A DNA stretch of 64,000 nt from Candidatus Multivorans sp. (lineage in GTDB: Bacteria; Acidobacteriota; Thermoanaerobaculia; Multivoradales; Multivoraceae), in contig OZ251997.1 of NCBI GenBank assembly GCA_965247095.1, forward strand, positions 4,128,001-4,192,000, in the 5' to 3' direction. Below are positions 42,010 through 51,159 of this stretch, piece by piece. Below the pieces are notes generated by a model, which saw only the letters and a list, made by a program, of their open reading frames with translations, had not been told where the DNA came from and made no database searches. Made by a program: the position numbers and the translations under genes. Position 1 is the first letter of the stretch, and each line of letters begins with the position of its first letter.

Positions 42010-42100
42010 ACGCTGGCGCTTTCCGGTACGAACGGCCGAGGTGGGACTCCTGGTTCGAGCGGTTCCGCTGCGCTGGCGCTACGGTCCGACTGCCGTCCCC

Positions 42101-43702
42101 CTACGACTCGTCAGCAGCCTTCGTTGCCAGCGACGCCCCCGCGCCTCGCCGCGCCGCCTGCACCGCCGCCGCGAACAGCCCCATCGCGATGCCGAAGGCC
42201 ACCAGACCGCCAAGCTGCACCCAGCCCAGGGCGTTGGTGGGCGTGGCGATCGCCAGGAGTTCGGCGGCGAAACCGAATGATTCGGCCGCTTCGGTGCGGA
42301 TCGCCTTCAGGCCCGCGAGCCCGGTCAGCAGCAGGCCGCCGCCGACTGCGCTGAGAATCCCGAAGGTTGCTCCGCTGGCGGCAAGCTGTCCGGTGGACTT
42401 CGGCGGCAGCGGTTTCTGGCGCCGCACGTCGAAGACCGGTTCCCGCTCGCGCGGCCTGACGAAACGCGAGAGCATGTACAGGCCGGGGAGGCCGAGCGGC
42501 ATCGTCATGAGGAAGAAGGTCGACCATCCCACGGCGTCGACCGTGATTCCGGCCACTGGCCCTGAGAAGATGCGGCCGAAGCCGAAGAGAGTCGAGAACA
42601 GGGCGTACTGCGTTGCCGAGAAGCGCTTCTGGGTCATCCGCAGGAGCAGCACCGAGAACGCCCCCGTGCCCAGTCCCTGACAGAGGCTCTCGAAGCCCAT
42701 CGCGCCATAGAGCAGCAGCGAGTGCTTCGGCACGTTGGCAAGTACCACGTAGCCGAGGTTCGAAAAGATCTGTAGCGAGCCGAAGACCCACAAGGATCTG
42801 CCGAGGCCGAGCGAGTTGGTGGCCAGTCCGCCGAGGATCGCGCCGCCGATGGTCGCGGTCAGACCGATCGCGCCGAGCCACACGCCGCGATCGGTGGCGG
42901 AGTAGCCCATGTCGACCAGAAACGGACGCAGAAGTGCTCCCGCCATGTTGTCGGCGGCCTTGAAGAGGATGACGAAGGCGAGGATCTCGACCGCACGGTG
43001 GCGGGAGAGGAAGCCGAGAAAGGGCAGCCAGACAGCTTCCCGCAGGGTACTGGGAGTAGGTGGCAGGTTGGTTGGCTCGGGCGCCCGGAAGGTCGTGATC
43101 CAGAGCATCGGCAGGTAGAGCGCGGCGAGAATCACGCAGACGACCGGCCAGGAAGCGAAGGCCGCCACCGTGATGCTGAGAGAGCCGGCAACGTACATCC
43201 CGGCACGGTAGAGGGCGATTCGCGACCCGACCGCGGCGCCTTGCTCTTCCCTTTTCAGCACGTCCACGGCGTAGGCGTCGACGGCAATGTCCTGGGAAGC
43301 CGCGGCCATCGCGATCGCGAAAGTGAAGGCCAGCACCAGCCACGGTGTGTCGGGATGGTGGCCGACTCCGGCCAGAGCCAGTGTGGCGAGCAGCAGCCCG
43401 ACCTGGGCTATTGCCGCCCAACCGCGACGGCGCCCGAGGAACGGTGGCGGGTAGCGATCCATCAGCGGCGCCCAGATGACGTTGAACAACCACGGCGCCT
43501 GCGCGAGCGTGAAGAGGCCGACGATGCGGATGTCGACGCCGACGCTGCGCATCCAGTCCGGAATCGCGATCCAGACCAGCCCCAGGGGCATACCGGAGGA
43601 GAACGACATGAGGACGACGGACCTGGTCCGCCAGGCTGAGAAGGCGCGGACCAGGCTCTTCCACATGCCTACCCGCTCGGGCGCCTGCTGCTCCTCGGCC
43701 AT
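42101..43702 (-). CDS. ampG: AmpG-like muropeptide MFS permease
   Basis: FSSGMPL, WAPLMDR, LGRRRGW, ASQDIAVDAY, SATQYALFS. Confidence 0.88.
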   Translation of the reverse strand: MAEEQQAPERVGMWKSLVRAFSAWRTRSVVLMSFSSGMPLGLVWIAIPDWMRSVGVDIRIVGLFTLAQAPWLFNVIWAPLMDRYPPPFLGRRRGWAAIAQVGLLLATLALAGVGHHPDTPWLVLAFTFAIAMAAASQDIAVDAYAVDVLKREEQGAAVGSRIALYRAGMYVAGSLSITVAAFASWPVVCVILAALYLPMLWITTFRAPEPTNLPPTPSTLREAVWLPFLGFLSRHRAVEILAFVILFKAADNMAGALLRPFLVDMGYSATDRGVWLGAIGLTATIGGAILGGLATNSLGLGRSLWVFGSLQIFSNLGYVVLANVPKHSLLLYGAMGFESLCQGLGTGAFSVLLLRMTQKRFSATQYALFSTLFGFGRIFSGPVAGITVDAVGWSTFFLMTMPLGLPGLYMLSRFVRPREREPVFDVRRQKPLPPKSTGQLAASGATFGILSAVGGGLLLTGLAGLKAIRTEAAESFGFAAELLAIATPTNALGWVQLGGLVAFGIAMGLFAAAVQAARRGAGASLATKAADES

Positions 43703-43808
43703 TGAGGTTCATCCTATGCGCGGCCGGCTATAGACTTGGAACATCCACCTGGTCGCAGCCGTATTCGAGTCAGACGCCTAGCTCGCGATTCCGAGGAGGA
43801 ACCCGACA

Positions 43809-44018
43809 GTGACCACCGCCGCCAGCAAGTCCCGCCCCCTTCATCGTTCCGCGTCCGACTGCCTGATCGGCGGCGTCTGCGGCGGTCTCGCAGCCTGGCT
43901 CGGCTGGAACCCCACCGGCGTGCGCCTGCTCTTCGTCCTGGCTTCCATCCTCTCGGTGGCGTTCCCGGGGATCATCGTCTACCTCGTGCTCTGGATCGTG
44001 ATGCCCCTCGGCGACTAG
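43809..44018 (+). CDS. PspC domain protein
   Basis: LHRS..D.LIGGVCGGLA.WLG..PT.VRL, YLVLWIVMP; SD GAGGAGG. Confidence 0.88.
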   Translation: MTTAASKSRPLHRSASDCLIGGVCGGLAAWLGWNPTGVRLLFVLASILSVAFPGIIVYLVLWIVMPLGD

Positions 44019-44019
44019 C

Positions 44020-44110
44020 CGAGCCCGGCGCCCTGGCCCGCATCGCCAAGCGGACGCCGGTCCACGGGCCTTCTGGCCCGCATCGAGCGCGATGCCGCGA
44101 AACAGCGAGC
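44020..44110 (+). repeat. Degenerate REP-like copies between pspC and glcD
   Basis: Two GGCCCGCATCG ends; CGGGCCTTCTGGCCCG hairpin. Confidence 0.5.
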
Positions 44111-44144
44111 CCGAGCGCCGCCGTTGTAGGCTGATCGTCGATCG

Positions 44145-45602
44145 ATGACGACGATGGGCGCAGCCAGTTTCCTCGACGCCCTCACCCGGCGCCTCGGTCC
44201 GGACCGCGTGCTGACCGGCTCAGCCCCAATGGCGGCCTACGCGTCGGACGCGCTGACCGCGTTCCGCGCCCGGCCCCGTGCCGTGGTTCTGGTCGAGTCC
44301 GCGGATGAAGTCGTCGACGTGGTTCGTCTCTGCGCGGCCGCCGAAGTGCCCTTCCTGGCCCGCGGCAGCGGCACCAGCCTCTCGGGCGGCTCGCTGCCGA
44401 TTCAGGACGGCGTGGTCATCGCGATGAACCGGCTGAACCGGATTCTCGAAGTGGACCCGGTACGACGGATCGCAGTGGTCGAGCCGGGGGTCGTCAACCT
44501 CACCGTCTCCGACGCCGCGGCGCCCTACGGCCTGTACTACTCACCGGATCCTTCGAGCCAGTCGGTGTGCACGATCGGCGGCAACCTGGCCTTCAACTCC
44601 GGCGGCGCGCACTGCCTGAAGTACGGCATGACGAGCAACCACGTGCTCGGTCTTGAGGTCGTACTGCCGGACGGCGAGGTGGTCGAACTCGGCGGCGACA
44701 GCCTGGAGAGCGTCGGCCCCGACCTGGTCGGTCTGTTCGTCGGCTCCGAAGGGTTGTTCGGCATCGCCACGAAGATCACCTTGCGGCTGCTGCCCAAGCC
44801 GGAGACGTTCTTCACCCTGCTGGCGGCGTACGACTCCCTGGCGGCGGCTGGCGAGGCGGTGGCCGCGGTGGTCGCGTCCGGTCTGCTGCCCGGGGCGATG
44901 GAGATCATGGACAACTTGGCGATTGAGGCAGCCGAGGCGGCGGTCGGCGCCGGCTACCCGCTCGACGCCGAGGGGCTCCTGATCGTCGAACTCGAAGGCG
45001 AGAAGCAGCAGGTCGCCGCCGAGAGCGAACTGCTGCTGGAAGTCGTCCGGCGATCGAAGCCCTACTTCGAACACATCGCCAGCGACCCGGACGACCGGAT
45101 GCGGATCTGGAAGGGTCGCAAGAGCGCCTTCTCGGCGGTCGGGAGACTGAGCCCGGACTACATCGTCTGTGACGGCGTCGTGCCGCGCTCACGCCTGGGT
45201 GAGGCCCTGACGGAGATCCAGCGGCTCGGCAAGCAGCACGGTCTGCGGGTGGCGAACGTGTTCCATGCCGGCGACGGCAACCTGCATCCGCTGATCCTCT
45301 TCGAAGGCCGGGTCGAGGGCGATCTGGAGCGGGCCGAGCAACTGGCCGGGGAGATCCTGCGGTTGTGCATCGGTCTCGGCGGCTCGATCACCGGCGAGCA
45401 CGGCGTCGGGATGGAGAAGCGGCAGTACCTGGGCGAGATGTTCGAAAAGAGCGACCTGGACGCGATGCGCCGCATCCGATCCGCCATCGACCCCGGCGAA
45501 CTCGCCAACCGGGGCAAGATGTTCCCGGACGGGGAGGCGCCGGCGCTGCTCAGCCACGGTCCGCACCCGCTGGAAGTGGCGGGAGTCATCTCGCGCGAAT
45601 GA
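44145..45602 (+). CDS. glcD: Glycolate oxidase FAD-linked subunit
   Basis: [53 protein letters not shown]. Confidence 0.9.
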   Translation: MTTMGAASFLDALTRRLGPDRVLTGSAPMAAYASDALTAFRARPRAVVLVESADEVVDVVRLCAAAEVPFLARGSGTSLSGGSLPIQDGVVIAMNRLNRILEVDPVRRIAVVEPGVVNLTVSDAAAPYGLYYSPDPSSQSVCTIGGNLAFNSGGAHCLKYGMTSNHVLGLEVVLPDGEVVELGGDSLESVGPDLVGLFVGSEGLFGIATKITLRLLPKPETFFTLLAAYDSLAAAGEAVAAVVASGLLPGAMEIMDNLAIEAAEAAVGAGYPLDAEGLLIVELEGEKQQVAAESELLLEVVRRSKPYFEHIASDPDDRMRIWKGRKSAFSAVGRLSPDYIVCDGVVPRSRLGEALTEIQRLGKQHGLRVANVFHAGDGNLHPLILFEGRVEGDLERAEQLAGEILRLCIGLGGSITGEHGVGMEKRQYLGEMFEKSDLDAMRRIRSAIDPGELANRGKMFPDGEAPALLSHGPHPLEVAGVISRE

Positions 45603-46762
45603 CGGGCGTGCTCAGTCGGCCGGGTTCGCCGGCCGAGGTCGCCGAGGCCGTGCGCGGAGCGGAACGGGTCGTGCCGCGGGGCGGGGGCACGAAGCCGTCT
45701 CTGTGGGCGGTGGACGGCGCCGAGGTTCTCGATCTGTCGTCGCTCAGCGGCATCACCGAATACCTGCCCAGCGAGTACACAGTGACCGCGCTGGCCGGCA
45801 CGCCCCTGGCAGAGGTCATCGAGCGGCTGGCCGCGGAGGGCCAGTACCTGCCGTTCGACCCGCTGCTCGTCGACGCGGGCAGCACCGTCGGCGGCGCCGT
45901 CGCCGCGGGCGCCAACGGTCCCGGCCGGCTGCGCTACGGCGGCCTGCGTGACTTCCTGCTCGCGGTGACCTTCGTCGACGGCCGCGGCGAGATCGTCCAT
46001 GGGGGCGCCAAGGTGGTCAAGAACGCGGCCGGTTTCGATCTTCCGAAGCTCATGGTCGGCAGCCTGGGTCGTCTGGGCGTCCTCACCGAATGCACCTTCA
46101 AGGTCTTCCCGCATCCCGAGAGCTGCGCCACGCTGCGTGTTGTCGGCATGGCCCTCGACGAGGCCCTCGCTGCCGCCGGCCGCGTCGGCGCCGGCGCGGT
46201 CGAGCTCGAGTGCCTCGACCTCGTCCACGGCCTCGCCGGCTGGGACCTGGAGATCCGCATCGGCGGGCGCAGCTTCGCGCTCGACGCGCGCCTGAACCGG
46301 GTCGCCGACCTCCTCGACAGCGCCCTATCGACCCCTGGGAACGCGGGCGTCTCGCCCGCATCCGGCCGGAAGGCCCTCTCAGGCGACGCTGACGCACATC
46401 ACTGGCGAGCCCGGGGCGAACTCCACTGGGCCGCTCCCGACGCCGCCATCCTCAAGTGCCCGTTGACGCCTGCCGCCGTCGCCGCGCTCGAGAAGATCCT
46501 GGCCGACCTCGACGCTGACCGCATCGCCAGGGTCTACAGCGCCGGCGCCCAGCAGGCGCTCCTCGCCTGGCCCGCGGAGCGCAGCGCCGACCTGCCTGAC
46601 CTCGACCGTGCCCTGACCGAGTCGAAACTCGCCGCCCTGGCCCTGCGCGCTCCGGCCGGCGCCCTGGCCGAGCCCATCCTCGGCTACCGCTCCGGCGGAG
46701 AACTCCTACGCCGGGTCGAGCAGGCCCTCGACCCGGACGGCCGGTTTGGCCGGCTGGGGTGA
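45599..46762 (+). CDS. glcE: Glycolate oxidase FAD-binding subunit, with in-frame REP insertion
   Basis: [52 protein letters not shown]. Confidence 0.88.
   Translation: MTGVLSRPGSPAEVAEAVRGAERVVPRGGGTKPSLWAVDGAEVLDLSSLSGITEYLPSEYTVTALAGTPLAEVIERLAAEGQYLPFDPLLVDAGSTVGGAVAAGANGPGRLRYGGLRDFLLAVTFVDGRGEIVHGGAKVVKNAAGFDLPKLMVGSLGRLGVLTECTFKVFPHPESCATLRVVGMALDEALAAAGRVGAGAVELECLDLVHGLAGWDLEIRIGGRSFALDARLNRVADLLDSALSTPGNAGVSPASGRKALSGDADAHHWRARGELHWAAPDAAILKCPLTPAAVAALEKILADLDADRIARVYSAGAQQALLAWPAERSADLPDLDRALTESKLAALALRAPAGALAEPILGYRSGGELLRRVEQALDPDGRFGRLG
46333..46365 (+). repeat. Full 33-bp REP-like copy in frame inside glcE
   Basis: CCCTGGGAACGCGGGCGTCTCGCCCGCATCCGG, encodes [11 protein letters not shown]. 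Confidence 0.88.
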
Positions 46763-46886
46763 TTGGCACCCGGCGTCAAAGGAAGTTGTCGCCCTTGGCG
46801 CCGTGGATGTGCCGGCTGTTAACGTTCCTGTCAAGCGTCGGGTGGCGGGCACCATCTGGCCGGACTTCTCGAAGTGAATACGAAGA

Positions 46887-47174
46887 ATGGACGTGAAGCA
46901 AGCGGTACAGAGCGCCAAGGAGTACCTTGGCGACCTCTTTTCGGGCGAGACCATCACCCATGTGGGGCTTGAAGAAGTCGTCTTCGACGACACGTCGAAC
47001 TGCTGGAAGATCACGGTCGGATTCTTCCGGCCATGGGACCGAAACGGCGAGGAACCTCTGTTGTCGCAGCTCCGGGACCGAAATGTCAGGCGCACCTACA
47101 AGATCGTCCAGATCGACGACGCCAGTGGTCAGGCGCTGTCTCTGACGAATCGACACCCCGTCACTGGCGACTGA
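46887..47174 (+). CDS. Small hypothetical protein upstream of PIN gene (candidate antitoxin)
   Basis: 95 aa, A...AK.YL..LF..LEEV...W.IT.GF...R.YK.V.ID; 4 bp from PIN start. Confidence 0.7.
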   Translation: MDVKQAVQSAKEYLGDLFSGETITHVGLEEVVFDDTSNCWKITVGFFRPWDRNGEEPLLSQLRDRNVRRTYKIVQIDDASGQALSLTNRHPVTGD

Positions 47175-47178
47175 AATC

Positions 47179-47643
47179 GTGGCGGCGACGGCCTTTTTCG
47201 TCGATGCCAACCTTCTCGTGCTGTTTGTCGCGGGAGTCGTGGATCGCGGGCTGATCGGAAGACACCGCCGGCTGCGGAGGTTCTCGGCGGCTGACTACGA
47301 GACCTTGGTCGACTTGATCGCACAGGTCGACCGGGTTCTGGTGACGCCGAACACGCTCACCGAAGCGTCCAATCTGCTCGGACAGCATCGAGAGCCCGAG
47401 CGCTCGCAGCTTCTCGACGGTCTCCGCTACGTCATCGAGGAGTGTCGGGAGATTGTCGTCGCGAGCACTGAAGCAGCGCCCAGCCGTGTTTTCCGTCGCT
47501 TGGGACTCACCGATGCCGCGTTGTTCGAGGTCGCTACCGGCGAGAGACCTCTGGTGACTGTCGACCTCGATCTGTACTTGGCCGCCTCTTCGAGAGACGT
47601 TGGTGCGGCACTGAACTTCACGTATCTGCGGGAGTTCGGGTGA
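47179..47643 (+). CDS. PIN-domain protein (VapC-like RNase)
   Basis: VDANLL, TPNTLTE.SN, LGLTDAAL, VTVDLDL: acidic PIN residues present. Confidence 0.85.
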   Translation: MAATAFFVDANLLVLFVAGVVDRGLIGRHRRLRRFSAADYETLVDLIAQVDRVLVTPNTLTEASNLLGQHREPERSQLLDGLRYVIEECREIVVASTEAAPSRVFRRLGLTDAALFEVATGERPLVTVDLDLYLAASSRDVGAALNFTYLREFG

Positions 47644-47929
47644 TTCGGTCTGTTCGCAGACTCTCCTTCATCAGTTCCTCCCAGCCCAGCGGTGGCCCAA
47701 GGGGCCTCTCCGGGCACCTTGCGATCGGAGCCTCTTGGCCATGTTGGCGCCTTGCTCGCCGTGGCCCTCGGCGGGGTCCTTCCCGGCAGAATCTCGACCT
47801 AGGAGGCTTGGCTCAGGGTCATCAGATTGTCCCCGTAGCGATCTGAGAGAGCCGCAGTACGGGGTCTCCGGTGGACTACGAGAGCGGATACACCGTAGCC
47901 GTGCGTGCTTGAACTTGCGCATGCGGTCG

Positions 47930-47961
47930 TTATCGTGTAGGTTTCTTGGCCTACACGATAA
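47930..47961. promoter_or_regulatory. Perfect 12-bp inverted repeat (TTATCGTGTAGG-N8-CCTACACGATAA), probable operator
   Basis: Arms are exact reverse complements; overlaps possible TTGAAC-N16-TATCGT promoter; 26 bp upstream of ATG 47988. Confidence 0.7.
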
Positions 47962-47987
47962 ACGTGCGACCTCTATCGGAGGCTGGT

Positions 47988-48647
47988 ATGGCGATACGGG
48001 AGTACATCATGGACGTGCTTGAGCAGGCCGAGGACCGGCTCGCCGTACGGCTGAAGAAGGCAGTGGAGGACCGCCAATACGCCGCCGTGGCTGAGCTCGC
48101 CTCCGTTTCGCAGCGGGTTCGAGACTTGATTCAGTCGGTGGGCATCGCGGAGCGAAGCCACGATCGGCAGGAGGTGGGGCTTTCTGGACATGCGGCGCCG
48201 GATGCCCGCCGGAGAGCGAACGCTCGCGCCTCAACCGGTCCATCGCTGAGTGGTCGCGAGCGAAGGACGAGCAAACAGTACCCGAGGTTCGTTCGCTCCG
48301 AGGATCGTTTGGTGAAGGTTGGATGGTCAAAGAGGGACAGCGCGGAGTACGAACATCGGGCCTCGGAGGTCTCCGTGCGCGCCGTAGTAGCGGCGCTTCG
48401 TGACTTGGGGTCGCGCGAGTTCTCCATGGACCAGTTGATGCCCGTTGACGATGGGAATGGAGCGGAAGTCCCCTCCTATCAGGTCTACTTGATCGTGGCG
48501 TGGCTGCGAGCCCTTGGCGCGGTGCGAAGGGAAGGCCGGGGAGGCTATGTGGCCCTTCCAGACTGCCTGATTGCTACCGCCATGGAGAAACACTGGGGCT
48601 CGCTGGAAGGGGATGCAAGCCGGAAGGGAGAAACCAGCAATGGGTGA
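47988..48647 (+). CDS. Hypothetical protein, putative C-terminal winged-helix DNA-binding domain
   Basis: SD GGAGG; N-terminal helical segment, linker, then YPRF..RLVKVGWSK..EYEH and PSYQVYLIVAWL..LGAV...GRGGY; overlaps next ATG. Confidence 0.7.
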   Translation: MAIREYIMDVLEQAEDRLAVRLKKAVEDRQYAAVAELASVSQRVRDLIQSVGIAERSHDRQEVGLSGHAAPDARRRANARASTGPSLSGRERRTSKQYPRFVRSEDRLVKVGWSKRDSAEYEHRASEVSVRAVVAALRDLGSREFSMDQLMPVDDGNGAEVPSYQVYLIVAWLRALGAVRREGRGGYVALPDCLIATAMEKHWGSLEGDASRKGETSNG

Positions 48648-51159
48648 CGCGAGGAATCGGGAGTTGGCGCTCAGGCTCCTCCGCGCTGACTCAGAGGCGG
48701 AGGTGGTGAGAATCCTCAGGCAGCAAGGCCTGTGGCACGACGCCAAGTGCTGGCGTCTCTATGGGGACCGTGACGGGAACTTCTCGGTGATCGGGAATCA
48801 GCAGAGCCGCCCTGAGGCAGCTCTCGTCGAGAAGATCGTCAACTCGGTTGACGCCCGGCTAATGAAGGAGTGCCTCGCACGTGGCATCGATCCGACTTCG
48901 GCGGACGCTCCCCAGTCGGTGCGCGAAGCGGTCGCGAGTTTCATCGACGGCGTCGAACCAGGGAGCGAAACGGCCGGCGAGGTTCGATTCTGGCCTCGCC
49001 AGAGGCAATTGGAGCAAGCCCGTCAGATTACTCTCGCCGTGACTGGCTCGAGGCCACGCCAGGCCGGGGGGGCGTCGATAACGGTCGTCGACCTCGGAGA
49101 GGGTCAGTATCCGGAGAAGATGCCGGAGACATTCCTCTCGATCGATCGCGAGAACAAGCTGCGCATCCCGTTCGTGCAGGGCAAGTTCAACATGGGCGGC
49201 ACCGGTGCACTCAAGTTCTGTGGGCGTAGCGGGCTGCAGTTGGTCATCACCCGGCGATGTCCAGAGATCGTCGAGGCGGATGGCGGAGCGGAGTCGCGTT
49301 GGGGATTCACTGTCGTCCAAAGAGAACGGCCGGTTGAGGGCGCAGGAGAAATCCGTAACTCGGTCTATCGCTACCTTGCCCCCGCTGGAGCTGACGAGAA
49401 GCCCGGGCTTGGTGCTGTCCTACAGTTCTCTGCGGCGAGTATCGAAGCCCTTCCAGAGAAGAACAAGGCGTACGTCCGGAACCTCTCTTGGGGATCAGTC
49501 CTGAAGCTCTACGAGTACGACATGAAGGGTTTTAGTAGCCATGCTCTGATGAAGGGCGGGCTCTTGGGCCGCCTCGAGCTGATGCTGCCAGGGATAGCGC
49601 TCCCGGTACGAGTCCACGAGTGCCGCCCGTTCGGGGGTGATCCGAGAAGGAGTTTCGAGACGACATTACTCGGCCTCTCGGCACGTCTGGAAGCCAACCG
49701 TGCCAAGAACCTAGAGGAGGGCTTCCCAACGTCAGCGCTGATACAGCTTGCCGACCAGGACCTCCCTGTCGAGATCTACGCGTTCAAGCCCAAGAAGGCG
49801 GACGCGTACCGCTCGACTGAGGGAATCGTGTTCACAATCAACGGCCAGACTCATGGGGCGATTTCGAAGGCCTTCTTCTCCCGTAGGAGGGTGAAGATGG
49901 GGCGGCTTGCGGACTCTCTATTGTTAATGGTCGACTGCTCAAGGCTGTCCGTGGATGCGCGAGAAGACCTGTTCATGAACAGCCGTGATCGGCTAAGCAA
50001 CGGAGAGCTTCGAAAGGAGATCGAGGGTGAGATGGAGGAACTCGTCGGTCGCCATCACGGTCTCAGGGCGCTACGCGACCGTCGCAGGGCGGCGGAGATC
50101 GCGCAGAGACTCGAAGACTCGAAGCCGCTGGAGGACGTACTCGATACGCTCTTCCGGGCATCTCCTACCCTCAACCGGCTGTTCCTCCAGGGCCAACGAC
50201 TCAGCCGACCGCATCGGGCCGGCACGAACGGAGGAACCAATGACGGGACTGGTCAGCCCGGGAAGTTCGTGGGAAAGCCCCACCCCACGTACTTTCGGTT
50301 CGCGAAGAAGCCCGAAGCCGACTTGCTTCGGCGTTCGGCAGAGAAGGGTCGGAGATGTCGGATCAAGTTTGAAACGGACGTCGTGAACGACTACTTCAAG
50401 AGACCCTCAGTTCCGGGCCGCTACTTCGTTGAGGTCGTTGGAGGGCCAGTGGAAGGCCGCGACGTGGCACACAGTCTCGTCCTGCACGATGGAGTGGCCA
50501 ACTGGAGTATCCGTCTTCCGAAGGACCTGGACGTTGGTGATGAAGTGACGCTGCAGTGCACGGTCGCGGACGACTCTCTGATTGATCCCTTCGTGAACGT
50601 GGTCGAGATCTCCATCGTGCCGCAGGGACAAAGAGAGTCAGGGAAGAGGAGTAGGCGCGAGCGCCGACTGGACTTGGGCGATTCGAGCGATGGAAGCGGC
50701 CAGGGCGGGAAGGGAAGTGACAACGAGGCAGGAATCCGGCTTCCGCACATCGAGGAACTGAGAGAGAAGGACCCGAGATGGAGCGAGAGGGGGTTCGACT
50801 GCTACACCGGATGCGAGGTCGTGGATGACTCAGACGTCGAGAAGGCGGCTAACGGGAGAGACCTGACCTTCTACGTGAACGTGTCGAACAGAGCGTTAGA
50901 GACGGACCTGAAGGACAGTCGCGAGGACGCGAGGGTCGTCGAGGCGAAGTTCGTGTACGCGAATGTGCTCGTAGGTCTCGGACTTCTGAATGACCCTCTA
51001 CAGGCGGGAGAGGAGGCGTCCGATTCCATGGAGACGCCTGAGATGCGCGTTGCCTCTACGACAAGGGCTCTGGCGCCTTTTCTTCTTCCCATGATCGAGT
51101 TCCTCGGATCGCTGGGTCCTGAGGACGTCTCGGCAGGGAGCGTCGGCGACGAGGATTAG
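48640..51159 (+). CDS. GHKL (MORC/MutL/Hsp90-like) ATPase, ~840 aa
   Basis: ALVEKIVNSVDA, ITVVDLGEGQ, GKFNMGGTG, W.GSVLKL; FMNSRDRL loop. Confidence 0.8.
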   Translation: MGDARNRELALRLLRADSEAEVVRILRQQGLWHDAKCWRLYGDRDGNFSVIGNQQSRPEAALVEKIVNSVDARLMKECLARGIDPTSADAPQSVREAVASFIDGVEPGSETAGEVRFWPRQRQLEQARQITLAVTGSRPRQAGGASITVVDLGEGQYPEKMPETFLSIDRENKLRIPFVQGKFNMGGTGALKFCGRSGLQLVITRRCPEIVEADGGAESRWGFTVVQRERPVEGAGEIRNSVYRYLAPAGADEKPGLGAVLQFSAASIEALPEKNKAYVRNLSWGSVLKLYEYDMKGFSSHALMKGGLLGRLELMLPGIALPVRVHECRPFGGDPRRSFETTLLGLSARLEANRAKNLEEGFPTSALIQLADQDLPVEIYAFKPKKADAYRSTEGIVFTINGQTHGAISKAFFSRRRVKMGRLADSLLLMVDCSRLSVDAREDLFMNSRDRLSNGELRKEIEGEMEELVGRHHGLRALRDRRRAAEIAQRLEDSKPLEDVLDTLFRASPTLNRLFLQGQRLSRPHRAGTNGGTNDGTGQPGKFVGKPHPTYFRFAKKPEADLLRRSAEKGRRCRIKFETDVVNDYFKRPSVPGRYFVEVVGGPVEGRDVAHSLVLHDGVANWSIRLPKDLDVGDEVTLQCTVADDSLIDPFVNVVEISIVPQGQRESGKRSRRERRLDLGDSSDGSGQGGKGSDNEAGIRLPHIEELREKDPRWSERGFDCYTGCEVVDDSDVEKAANGRDLTFYVNVSNRALETDLKDSREDARVVEAKFVYANVLVGLGLLNDPLQAGEEASDSMETPEMRVASTTRALAPFLLPMIEFLGSLGPEDVSAGSVGDED

